From assembly GCA_964252145.1 (NCBI GenBank), contig CAXUMU010000003.1:1-45383 (forward strand): DNA of 45,383 nucleotides, in the 5' to 3' direction. Below the pieces are notes generated by a model. The model saw only the letters and a list, made by a program, of their open reading frames with translations. It ran no database searches and was not told where the DNA came from. A program made the translations under genes and the position numbers. Positions 15,935-24,438 of the stretch are shown piece after piece (within the stretch, counting starts at the first letter, position 1; each line of letters starts with the position of its first letter). The DNA is from an uncultured Sphingomonadaceae bacterium (GTDB lineage Bacteria > Pseudomonadota > Alphaproteobacteria > Sphingomonadales > Sphingomonadaceae).

Positions 15935-17255
15935 TCAGCCTGCCCTGATCCAGTGCCGCGCCATCAGCAGCAGCGCCGAGGCTGCCACGGGCGCGGCCAG
16001 CATCACCGCCAACGCGTAGCGCAGCGACTCCTCGCCGAAGTGCGGTGTCAGCGTATCGCTGGCGATGCCGATGATCAGCGGCCCGATGGCGAAGGCGAGC
16101 AGGTTCTGGACGATCAGCATGATCGTCGAGGTGACGCCGCGCTCGCTCGCCGGGACGAGCGATACCGCGAGCGCGACTCACGGGCCGAGCCCGCTGGACA
16201 GCAGGAAGTTCATGATCGCGATCGCCACCACCACGATCGAGAGCGACGGCGCGAACAGGAACGTCGCATAGGCCGGTATCGCCGGCGGCAGCGCGACGAT
16301 CGGCACGATCAGCCCGGCCGCGCGATTGCCGCTGCGCCGAATGAGCCGGGCGGCAAGCAGGCCGGGCAGGATGCCCCCCGAATTGCCGCCCAGCACCGCC
16401 GGCGGCCCGACCAGTGCGCCCACCTCGGCCAGCTGCACCCCGTGCGACCGCAGCAGGAAGGCGGGCGACCAGACCGGCAGCGACGCGAGCACCATGTTCG
16501 ACGCGCCATAGCCGAGCGCCAGCCAGCGCAGCCGGGATCGCCAGCGCGGCCCGGATCGCGGCGAACAGCCCGATGGTCTTCGCGGGCACCGGCCCCGTCA
16601 CGGCGCTGCGCGGCGTGGGCCGCATCGTGAGCGCGATCACCACCACCAGCACCAGGCCGGCGGCGCCGAACACCTCGAACATGGTGCGCCAGCCGAACGC
16701 GGCGGCCAGCACGCCGGCCAGTACCGAGCCGACCAAGATGCCGATGCCCGAGCTCGCCTGGAAGATCGAGACCGTGCGCGTCAGCTTCGGCCCGAGATAA
16801 AGATCGGCAAGCAGCGACATCGCGACCGGAAACACCGTCGCCTCGCCGACCCCGATCAGCATCCGGGTGACCGCCAGCGAATAGAAGCCCTGCACGAACG
16901 TGGTCGACGCCGTCGCGATCGACCACAAGGCGACGCCGAGCACGAGGATCAGGCGGCGGTTGCCGCGATCGACCCAGCGCGCGATGGCGAGGCCGGCCAG
17001 CAGGAAGAACAGCGAGAAGGCGAAGCCCGAAATGATGCTGATCTGCGTATCGCTGAGCAGCAGTTCCTTGCGGATCGGTTCGACGACGATGCCGAGCAGC
17101 GCGCGATCGGCGTAATTGAAGATGTTGGCCAGCAGGAGCAGCGTCAGCGCATAGGCGGCGACCAGGCCGCCGCGCCGCGGCACCGCCTCGGTTTGCGTCG
17201 AGTCCACGTCACTCTCTCCCGTTGGCCCGGGCCAGGCCGCCGCGCTGCCGCTCAT
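15935..17255 (-). pseudogene. MFS transporter, disrupted by one frameshift and one in-frame TGA
   Basis: The N-terminal ~240 aa are a good MFS (ANIFNYADRALLGIVVEPIRKEL...). The frame is lost near 16531-16536 (...AALAIP then, in another frame, LRWLALGYGASNMVLASLPVW...). An in-frame TGA at 16178-16180 sits within ...LLSSGLGP*VALAVSLVPASERGVTS.... An alternative GTG start at 17207 has a GGGAGAGAG RBS. Confidence 0.8.
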
Positions 17256-17257
17256 CG

Positions 17258-18541
17258 TCACGCCGCCGCTACCGCCGGGTAGATCGTGCCGGTGCAGGGG
17301 CCGAAGCCGATCGGCACATAGCCCTCGGCATGCGCGGTCGCGCCGATCGTCACGGTGTCGCCATCCTCCAGCCAGAGGCGCTTGGCGCCGTCGGCGAACA
17401 GCACGGGATTGGTCCCGCGCTGGTTCCGTTCGGCCAGGCACGCCTTGGCCTCCTCGGCAGGCCCCGAGACGGTGCCGCTGGCGAGCAGGTCGCCCGCCTC
17501 GATCGGCGCGCCGCTCGAGGCCTGGTGCGCGACCATCTGCGCCAGCGTCCAGAACATCGTCTCGAAGCCCGTCTCGCAGATGCGCGACCGTTCGCCGCCC
17601 GCGGTGGCGAGATCGGCGTGCATCGCGATGCGGATCGCGCCGCGGGCGCGGTCGTCCGGATCCAGCAGGTGCGGCGGCACCGCCGCCTCGCCCTCGTCGC
17701 GCCCCCGCGCCGGCATGCGGAACGGTGCGAGCGCCTCCATCGTCACGATCCACGGCGAGACCGTGGTGAGGAAGCTCTTGCCCAGATGCGGGCCGAGCAT
17801 CGATTCGAAGAACTGGATGCCGCGCGCCGACCAGTCGTTGACCAGGCTGCAGCCGAACAGCATCGCCTCGGCCTCGGCGACGGTGATCGGTGCGCTCAGC
17901 GCGTTGCCGCCGCGCAGCCACGCGCCGAATTCGAGTTCGTAATCCAGCCGCCGCTCCGGCCCGTACTGGATCTCGCCGCTCGCGGGCGGGAACTCGAATT
18001 GTCCGGTCGGCCGCACGACCGGCGTGCCGCTCACCGCGACCGAGCTGGCGCGGCCGTTATAGCCGACCGGCAGCCGGTCGGCGCACGCCGCGATCGGCCG
18101 CCCGGAGGTGGCCGCCATCCGCCGGACATGCTCGATCGAGCAGCAGAAATCGGCGAAGGCGGGGGGCTTCATCGGCAGCAGCAGCTCGGCCTCCGCCATC
18201 GGCACCAGCGCCGCCTGGGCGGCCGCGCGATCCGCACCATCCTGCTTGTAGAGGTCGCTCAGCGCGGCGCGCAGCGCGGACAGCGCCGCGGAGGGCTGCG
18301 CGATCAGCGGCAGCAAAGTGGGGCCGGCCGCCGCGCGCGCGGCATCGCCCAGCCGGTCGGCGAGCTTCGCCAGATCGATGATCTGGTCGCCCAACGCGAC
18401 GCCGCCGCGCGGTGCCGCCCCCTCGGTCCGGAACAGGCCGAACGGCAGGTTCTGGATCGGGAAATCGCATCCCGCGACGTTGGCGCTCTCAACCCAGCTG
18501 CGTCGCGCCGGATCGTGCGTCGCGTTCAGTTCAGGCGACAT
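17258..18541 (-). CDS. fahA: Fumarylacetoacetase (FAH family)
   Basis: 427 aa. The SWVESANVAGCDFPIQNLPFGLF N-terminus and DYELEFG, NDWSARGIQ, LGPHLGKSF and GDLLASGTVSG motifs are typical of fumarylacetoacetase. Confidence 0.88.
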   Translation of the reverse strand: MSPELNATHDPARRSWVESANVAGCDFPIQNLPFGLFRTEGAAPRGGVALGDQIIDLAKLADRLGDAARAAAGPTLLPLIAQPSAALSALRAALSDLYKQDGADRAAAQAALVPMAEAELLLPMKPPAFADFCCSIEHVRRMAATSGRPIAACADRLPVGYNGRASSVAVSGTPVVRPTGQFEFPPASGEIQYGPERRLDYELEFGAWLRGGNALSAPITVAEAEAMLFGCSLVNDWSARGIQFFESMLGPHLGKSFLTTVSPWIVTMEALAPFRMPARGRDEGEAAVPPHLLDPDDRARGAIRIAMHADLATAGGERSRICETGFETMFWTLAQMVAHQASSGAPIEAGDLLASGTVSGPAEEAKACLAERNQRGTNPVLFADGAKRLWLEDGDTVTIGATAHAEGYVPIGFGPCTGTIYPAVAAA

Positions 18542-18770
18542 GGCCGTGCTCCCTATCATGCTGCGCGAGGATCACGCGGTCGCCGGCGGCCGTCCACACC
18601 GCCGCCCATTCGTCGGGATCGAGCGACGACAGCTGCGCCATCGCGGCCTGCGCATCGGGCAGGCGGATGCCGCGGCCGGGATAGCCGTTCGCCCCGATCC
18701 GCTTGACCACCTCTTCGCGCAGTTCCTCCAGCGTGCGAGGCGGGGCGATGCGCGGATCCCGAAGGCTCAT
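18531..18770 (-). pseudogene. Short ORF, possibly the 5' remnant of a hydrolase gene
   Basis: 79 aa. The first ~60 aa (TLEELREEVVKRIGANGYPG...DEWAAVWTAAGDR) look like the N-terminal cap region of some alpha/beta hydrolases found in aromatic clusters. The ORF ends 11 nt inside the fahA start. Weak call. Confidence 0.3.
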
Positions 18771-18826
18771 CTGTTGATTCCGTCCGTGTTGGCGGCGGCG
18801 GCGATGTCGATCGCCGCCGGCCGAGT

Positions 18827-19645
18827 TCAGTAGGGTTGGGCCAGCGCCTGCGTGGCGGCGCCCAGCATGCTGGTCTGCTGGACCCGGTCGGCGCCGGTCA
18901 TCTCCATCTCGCCCTGCTTGACCGAGGTCTCGACCACCAGCTTCGCGCGGTCGAAGCGGCGATCCATGAAGCCGCGCAGCGCCGCGGCCACATCGTTGGT
19001 CTTCGCCAGCTCCTCGGCGAGCGCCAGCCCGTCCTCCACCGCCAGGCCCGCGCCCGATGCCATGTGCGGCGTCGTCGCATGCGCGGCATCGCCGATCAGG
19101 ACGACGCGGCCTTGTACCAGGGATCGGGCAGCAGCAGCCATTCCAGCGGACGGTAGACGATCTGCGATCCCTCGCCCAGCGCCGCGCGCACCGCCGGCAC
19201 GTTGCCGCCGAACGGCGCCATCAGTTCGCTCAGATGCGCGACATGCGTTTCCGGCGCGAACCACGGATTGCCGGGAACATGCTCGAGCAGGAAGACGTAC
19301 ATCTGCTCCTGCGAGATCGGCGACATGCCCAACTTCAGCGGGCCGCCGAAATAGATCTCGGCGCGGTCGATCTGCGGCGGGCGGTCCGCCACGATCCGCC
19401 AGCAGCCCTGGCCGGTGAATTGCGGCTTGGGCGCATCGGGAAAGATCATGTCGCGCATGGTCGAAAAGATGCCGTCGGCGCCGACGACCAGATCGTAGCG
19501 CGGTGTCGCGCCGTCGCTCAGCGTCACGTCGACTCCGTCGTCGTCCTGCTGAAGCGAGGCGACGGTCACGCCCAGCCGCACGTCGATGTCGCTGCGGCGC
19601 ACCTGCTTCGAAAGGATGTCGTGCAGCACCGGGCGCATGGTGGTG
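18827..19645 (-). pseudogene. FAD-dependent aromatic monooxygenase, 5'-truncated and frameshifted
   Basis: Middle section RPVLHDIL...DLVVGADGIFSTMRDMIF and C-terminal GRVVLIGDAAHATTPHMASGAGLAVEDG lie in different frames. The break is at the CC run 19110-19111 (observed WYKAASS*, expected WYKGRVVLIGD). No GxGxxG FAD-binding N-terminus is present upstream. Confidence 0.8.
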
Positions 19646-20047
19646 CTCTCCAAGCATGCGCTGCCGGTAATGGCGGGGCGGCCCGGCGCATCGGTGATCC
19701 TGATCGCGAGCATCGCCGGCCTGCGCGGCAACGCCCGGATCGAGGGCTATGCGCTGGCCAAGGCCGGGGTGGTTCAACTCGCGCGCAACCTGGCGGTGCA
19801 ATGGGGGCCCAGGGGCGTGCGCACCAATGCGATCGCGCCGGGCCTGATCGCGACGAGCTTCGCCGACGGGCTGATGGGCGACCAGGCGTTCATGGCGCGA
19901 CGGATGCAGATGACGCCGCTGCGCCGGGTCGGCCGGCCGGAGGAGATCGCCGGCGCCGCGGTGTTCCTCGCCGCGCCCGCCGGCGGGTTCGTCAACGGCC
20001 AGGTGATCGTCGTCGACGGCGGTACCGTGATAACCGATGGGAGCTGA
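19646..20047 (+). pseudogene. SDR oxidoreductase, 5'-truncated (C-terminal ~130 aa only)
   Basis: GASVILIASIAGLRGNARIEGYALAKAGVVQLARNLAVQWGPRGVRTNAIAPGLI...GRPEEIAGAAVFLAAPAGGFVNGQVIVVDGG has the catalytic S...YxxxK and the C-terminus, but no Rossmann TGxxxGxG N-terminus. Confidence 0.8.
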
Positions 20048-20048
20048 C

Positions 20049-20228
20049 ATGCCGACCTTATCCCCCGTTCGCCGGATCGTTACCGGCCATGATGCCGCCG
20101 GAAAAGCGGTCGTGATCTCCGACCGGACGTTCGAAGGCGTGCCGAACCCGACCGGCACGGCGGCGCTCACGCTGCTGTGGACCTCGACCGGCTTGCCGGT
20201 CGACAACGACGATGCGACCGACGGGCCA
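20049..20228 (+). pseudogene. Cupin-domain protein, N-terminal fragment only
   Basis: MPTLSPVRRIVTGHDAAGKAVVISD...LLWTSTGLPVDN matches the start of small cupin proteins. Similarity stops after about 60 aa. GGGAG RBS directly after the SDR stop. Confidence 0.55.
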
Positions 20229-20454
20229 GCGCGGCTATCGCCGCATCGCCACCGAAGAGGGCTTCCTCTCGCCCGGCGTGCTCGCGCAGAATGCCAGGAC
20301 GCGGCTTCCGGGCGTGCCGCTCATCTCCGCCGAGGGCCTGGGCGCGGGCGTCGCGCGCATCGTCGTGGGCCACATGGGCGAGGCGCTGCCGTTCTGGCTG
20401 CCGCGGATCGACAACCGCTACGAGGATGTCGCCACACGCGTCTTCAGGCTTTGA
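20212..20454 (+). pseudogene. Amidohydrolase-2 (ACMSD-like) remnant with internal deletion and 3' truncation
   Basis: The 80-aa ORF joins an N-terminal motif (GYRRIATEEGFLSPGV) almost directly to a late motif (RIVVGHMGEALPFWLPRIDNRY). In intact family members these motifs are roughly 200 aa apart. Confidence 0.6.
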
Positions 20455-20568
20455 GCGCGCGGGAGGAGGGTCATGCGCATGAAAGTCGGAGCGACCGTCC
20501 CTCCGGTGCCCGCGGCGCGCACGGCGGCGAAGGTTGCAAAGACAATCCGCCAACCGCATAGCGGTGCA

Positions 20569-21225
20569 ATGATCAAGTCGGCGGCGCCCGCGGATGGCAT
20601 TCCCAAGCGGCGGGGGAAGGGGCGGCCGGTTTCGGGCGAGAACGACGTCGGTCGCGAACGGCTGCTGATTGCCACGGAAAAGCTGTTGCGCACCCTGCCG
20701 CCGGCGCGCGTCACGGTTTCGCGCGTCGCGCGCGAGGCCAATGCGGATCCGGCGCTGGTGCGCTATTATTTCGGCAACCGCGCGGCCCTGCTGGTCGCGG
20801 TGGTCGATCGCATCACCGCGCATCCGCTGCGGCGCGAGCGCAGCAGGGGCGAGCCGACGGCGGCGCTGGCGGAACATATCGCGCAGACCGTGCAGCTGGT
20901 GCGCCGCGCGCCGTTCATGCACCGGCTGATCATCGACGAATTGGCGGATGCGGGGACCGCGGAATCGCGCGCCCGCGTCCGCGACATCAATCTTGATCTG
21001 GTCGGATATTATCGCGAGATGCTCAGCGCCGACGGCGGCAAGGAATTGGTCGAGACCGATCCCTTGTTCCTGTGCCTCACCGTGCTCGGCGCCAGCGACT
21101 TCTTCTCGTCGGCGGAGCCGCTGATCCGCGATCTGGTGCCCGAGGGCACGGACATGGCCGAACTGACCGCCGCCTTCCAGGAATTCCTGAAGAAACTGGT
21201 GTTCGACGGACTGCGCAAACGCTGA
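20569..21225 (+). CDS. TetR/AcrR family transcriptional regulator
   Basis: HTH region ERLLIATEKLLRTLPPARVTVSRVAREANADPALVRYYFGNRAALLVAVV. The start is uncertain: ATG at 20569 gives 218 aa, and the track ORF begins at 20473. Confidence 0.8.
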   Translation: MIKSAAPADGIPKRRGKGRPVSGENDVGRERLLIATEKLLRTLPPARVTVSRVAREANADPALVRYYFGNRAALLVAVVDRITAHPLRRERSRGEPTAALAEHIAQTVQLVRRAPFMHRLIIDELADAGTAESRARVRDINLDLVGYYREMLSADGGKELVETDPLFLCLTVLGASDFFSSAEPLIRDLVPEGTDMAELTAAFQEFLKKLVFDGLRKR

Positions 21226-21290
21226 GGTTCGCCGGCACCGGTGTTCCGGAGCAGGGGCATGACACGCGCTTGTTCCTCAACGCCGTTTGT

Positions 21291-21347
21291 GTCGAGCGAA
21301 GTCGAGACAGGTTCGAGGCGCGTGTGGGTGTCTCGACTTCGCTCGAC
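21291..21347. repeat. 19-bp perfect inverted repeat (REP-like hairpin) between convergent genes
   Basis: gtcgagcgaagtcgagaca (21291-21309) and tgtctcgacttcgctcgac (21329-21347) are exact reverse complements with a 19-nt spacer. It lies between the TetR stop (21225) and the LigA-like stop (21383). Confidence 0.85.
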
Positions 21348-21382
21348 CCGAACGGCCTGGGTGAACCTGTAAGCATCGTTCT

Positions 21383-21672
21383 TCAGGTCGAGATATCCAG
21401 CGGCGGCTCAACATCCGCCAGCACGCGGACGTGCTCGGCCATCATCGGGAAGCTGAAGCCGCCCGAAATCTTGATCCGGAAGGTGAACAGCAGGAACGGG
21501 TGCGCGCCGTCGGCGAACATGCCGGCGAAGTCGCGGTCGAGCAGCTGGCGATGCTCCCGCTCGGTCAGCCGCGGTCGGCGAGGAAGACCTCCGGCGCGGC
21601 CATGTAGGCCGCGGCCTTCGCGTCGTCGCGCGCGACCTCCCACAGGGCCTTGTTAAGGGCATAGCGGCTCAT
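21383..21672 (-). pseudogene. LigA-like small subunit of class III extradiol dioxygenase, one frameshift
   Basis: MSRYALNKALWEVARDDAKAAAYMAAPEVFLADRG* continues in another frame as LTEREHRQLLDRDFAGMFADGAHPFLLF.... The break is at the CC run 21569-21570 (one missing C). Its start overlaps the LigB-like stop (ATGA at 21669-21672). Confidence 0.75.
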
Positions 21673-22544
21673 GCCGTGCCTCCGTTCAGCCGGTCTTCGG
21701 TCCATTCGAGCAGGATCATCAGCGGCTGCGATTTCGACGGCACGTAATCCTGCCACGAGAAGGCCGCGCCGCTCGCGACGCCGTAGGCGAAGATGAAGCC
21801 CAGGAAGCCCGGCGTGTTGTTGCCCTGAGCGTACATCTCGTCCCACGAGGAATGCGCAACCAGGCCGGCGACGTCGTTGCGCAGCATCAGATCGTTGATC
21901 GTGCGGTCCCACTCGCTCTCGGGCCGTTCGGTGTGGCGCAGCATATAGGGTCCGCCCACGCCGTTGGTCATGTGCCCGGTCGCGATCACCGCCACGCGTA
22001 CTTGCTCGGGCCATTCCTCGATGATCCGGCGGACGATGCCGCCCAGCTTCAGGTAACGCCGCGCGGGCGGCACCGGCGGCGCCAGGAAGTTCAGGAAGAT
22101 CGGCACGACCGGCAGATCGGCCTGCGGCCGCATGAAGTTCAGCGGGACCGAGAAGGCGTGATCGACGGTGAACTCGTCCGAATAGGCGAAATCCACCTCA
22201 TATTCGAAGCCCTGCGTCAGGATGGAGCGCGCGAGCCGGCCTTCGATCGGCGCGTCATACGTGTCGAGCCGCCAGTCGCGCTGCTCGAAGCCCGGCGGCC
22301 CCGCGATCCGCTCCGCCTTGCCGACCAGGAACGGCGGCATGTTGTTGAAGAAGAACTGGCAGAGGTGATCGCTGCCGGCCATCACGATCACATCCGGCCG
22401 CGACGCTTCCAACCCCGCGCGCATCCGGGCGATCCCGTCCAGCAGGCGGCGCGCCTCGGGCGATACGTGCGGATTGGGGCCGCGCCCGAGTCCCGGCAGG
22501 ACCGGATCGTGCGGGACGACCGAGAGGTGAACGAGCCGAGCCAT
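21669..22544 (-). CDS. Class III extradiol ring-cleavage dioxygenase, LigB family catalytic subunit
   Basis: 291 aa. The VVPHDPVL N-terminus, VIVMAGSDHL, DHAFSVPLNF and VIATGHM are characteristic of LigB-type dioxygenases. Confidence 0.85.
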   Translation of the reverse strand: MARLVHLSVVPHDPVLPGLGRGPNPHVSPEARRLLDGIARMRAGLEASRPDVIVMAGSDHLCQFFFNNMPPFLVGKAERIAGPPGFEQRDWRLDTYDAPIEGRLARSILTQGFEYEVDFAYSDEFTVDHAFSVPLNFMRPQADLPVVPIFLNFLAPPVPPARRYLKLGGIVRRIIEEWPEQVRVAVIATGHMTNGVGGPYMLRHTERPESEWDRTINDLMLRNDVAGLVAHSSWDEMYAQGNNTPGFLGFIFAYGVASGAAFSWQDYVPSKSQPLMILLEWTEDRLNGGTA

Positions 22545-22697
22545 CTTGGGCTTTCCAGCTAAGGCGGACCACGACGCAAGAATCCGGTGCGACGACTGCG
22601 CACGAGGTCGCGGTGCCGCGGTCGAATCGTTGGTTGAGATAGCTGCTATCGCAAACTACGGTTTGTCCCGCCGCCCGCCCGATCGCATGCTCGATCG

Positions 22698-23300
22698 ATG
22701 GAACAGGGAACGCCAGCGCCGGCCTCGATCGACCGGGCGACCGGCTCGACGCTGGCTGCTTCCGCCGCGCTGCGCTATTCGCGCACGGCGATCGTGCTGC
22801 ACTGGGCGGCGGCCGCCTGCGTGCTCGCGACCATCCCGATCGGCTGGTACGGCGCGACGTTCGAGACCGACCTCGCCCAGTCCGCCACCAACCTCCACAA
22901 GTCGATCGGGATCGTGATCCTGGCGCTCACGCTGCTGCGCGTCGCGTGGCGGCTGGGGCATGCGCCGCCGCCGCTGCCGCAAGCCTATGCACCGGCGCTG
23001 CGCCGGATCGCCAAGGTGACGCACATCCTGTTCTACGTCCTGCTGCTCATCCTGCCGTTCAGCGGCTGGTGGATGAGTTCGGCGGTGCCGGACCGGCATC
23101 CGTTCGGCTTCGGGCCGGTCGCGGTCCCGTTCCTGCCGGTGCCGCGCGGCTGGGCGTCGGCCGGCCCGGCGCATTTCGTGCACACCAATCTCGCCTGGGC
23201 GATGGCCGGGCTGGTCGTGCTCCACGTGCTCGCGGCGCTGAAGCATCACTTCGTCGACCGGGACGGCATCCTGGCGCGGATGCTCCCGCGCGCCCGCTGA
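22698..23300 (+). CDS. Cytochrome b561 family protein (CybB-like)
   Basis: 200 aa, 4 TM, with conserved His residues (IVLHWAAA, NLHKSIG, HILFYVLL, HVLAALKHHFVDRDGIL). Confidence 0.85.
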   Translation: MEQGTPAPASIDRATGSTLAASAALRYSRTAIVLHWAAAACVLATIPIGWYGATFETDLAQSATNLHKSIGIVILALTLLRVAWRLGHAPPPLPQAYAPALRRIAKVTHILFYVLLLILPFSGWWMSSAVPDRHPFGFGPVAVPFLPVPRGWASAGPAHFVHTNLAWAMAGLVVLHVLAALKHHFVDRDGILARMLPRAR

Positions 23301-23333
23301 TTTCGCGCAATTCCAACCAACGACGAGGTAGAG

Positions 23334-23781
23334 ATGTCAGACAAGCCACCCGCGGGCCGCGGTCCGCTGCCGCAGAAATTCCCGCACGAGCCGGAGCGTA
23401 TCCGCAAGGCGGCCGAGCTGATCGTGGCGATGCGGCGCAAAGAGATCGAGCTCCAGGGCGAGGAAGGCTTCCCCGAGGATGCCCGGCCGCGCAACCGCGA
23501 CGAGGCGCAGCAGATCAGCGACCTCGTGATCGAGCTGCTCGGCCGGCCGGTGCTGGGCTGGAAATATTATATCGGCGCGATGATCCAGCAGGCGCCGCTT
23601 CGCACGCCGATCTACGACATCTGGGAGAGCCCGGCGGTGCTGTCGAGGAGGTGTCGCAGCATCGCTGGATCGAGCCCGAGCTCGCCTGCCGCACGCTGCG
23701 CGACTTTCCGGCGCGCGAGCAGGTCTATTCGTATCAGGAGATCATCGACGGCATGGAGATCGTGCCGGCGTTCGAGATCCG
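23334..23781 (+). pseudogene. 2-keto-4-pentenoate hydratase/decarboxylase family gene, frameshifted and 3'-truncated
   Basis: GRPVLGWKYYIG...PIYD is followed, after a frame change near 23644-23645, by HRWIEPELACRTLRDFPAREQVYSYQEIIDGMEIVPAFEI. This pattern resembles MhpD (RIEaEIA...RDLP...PAlEv). Similarity ends abruptly at about 23781, and the C-terminal ~110 aa are missing. Confidence 0.65.
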
Positions 23782-24438
23782 AAGACATCCGATCGCACGC
23801 TGTCGATCATGGCGACCGACTATATCGTCGAAATCCTGCTGCGCCCGGCGATCGTCGCCTGCGCCACCGAGGCGCCCGGCATCCGGTTCGAGCTGGTGCC
23901 GATCATCGAGCGCCCGGCGGAGGCGCTCCAGCGCGGGCGCGCCGACCTCATGATCGGGATCGACAACATCGTCTCGACCGAACATCCCAGCGCGCTGCTG
24001 TACACCGAGGATTTCGGGATCGCGGGCTGGCGCGACAATCCGCTGCTGGCCGGTACGATGACGCTCGAGAAATATGGCCGGCTGGGCCATGTCGCCGTCG
24101 GGTTCGGCCGCCAGACCGCCAGCTACGAGGCGACCGCCGCGCGCCTGCGCTCGATCGCGCGCCGGGTCGAGATCGTCGCGCCCGATTTCACGTCGGTGGG
24201 CGGGCTGCTGGTCGGCACCAACCGGATCGCGACGATCCACCGGCTGCTCGCCGTCCGCCTGGCGGAATATCTGCCGCTCACGCTGATGGAACTGCCGTTC
24301 GAGATGCCGCCGGTGCGGGAAAGCGCGCAATGGTCGTCGCGCAACGCGAACGACCCAGCGATCGCGTGGCTGGTCGGGCGCCTGAAGCAGATCGCGGCGC
24401 AGCTCCGCTCCTCTTCCGGCGCGCCGGCCGCTTCATGA
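23782..24438 (+). pseudogene. LysR family regulator lacking its N-terminal HTH domain (substrate-binding domain only)
   Basis: Similarity begins at DPKTSDRTLSIMATDYIVEILLRPAI (the linker and start of the LysR effector domain) and runs to the C-terminus. No wHTH is encoded upstream in any frame. Confidence 0.7.

Noticed and set aside
16178-16180. TGA as selenocysteine in the MFS transporter
   Set aside because: The codon lies in a TM-helix context with no redox role, I saw no SECIS-like hairpin immediately downstream, and the gene is also frameshifted.
15855-17921. 688-aa ORF suggesting a large fusion of transporter and fumarylacetoacetase regions
   Set aside because: It is a composite. The N-terminal part is an antisense/out-of-frame read of fahA, the middle is the genuine MFS N-terminus, and the C-terminal part is the frameshifted continuation.
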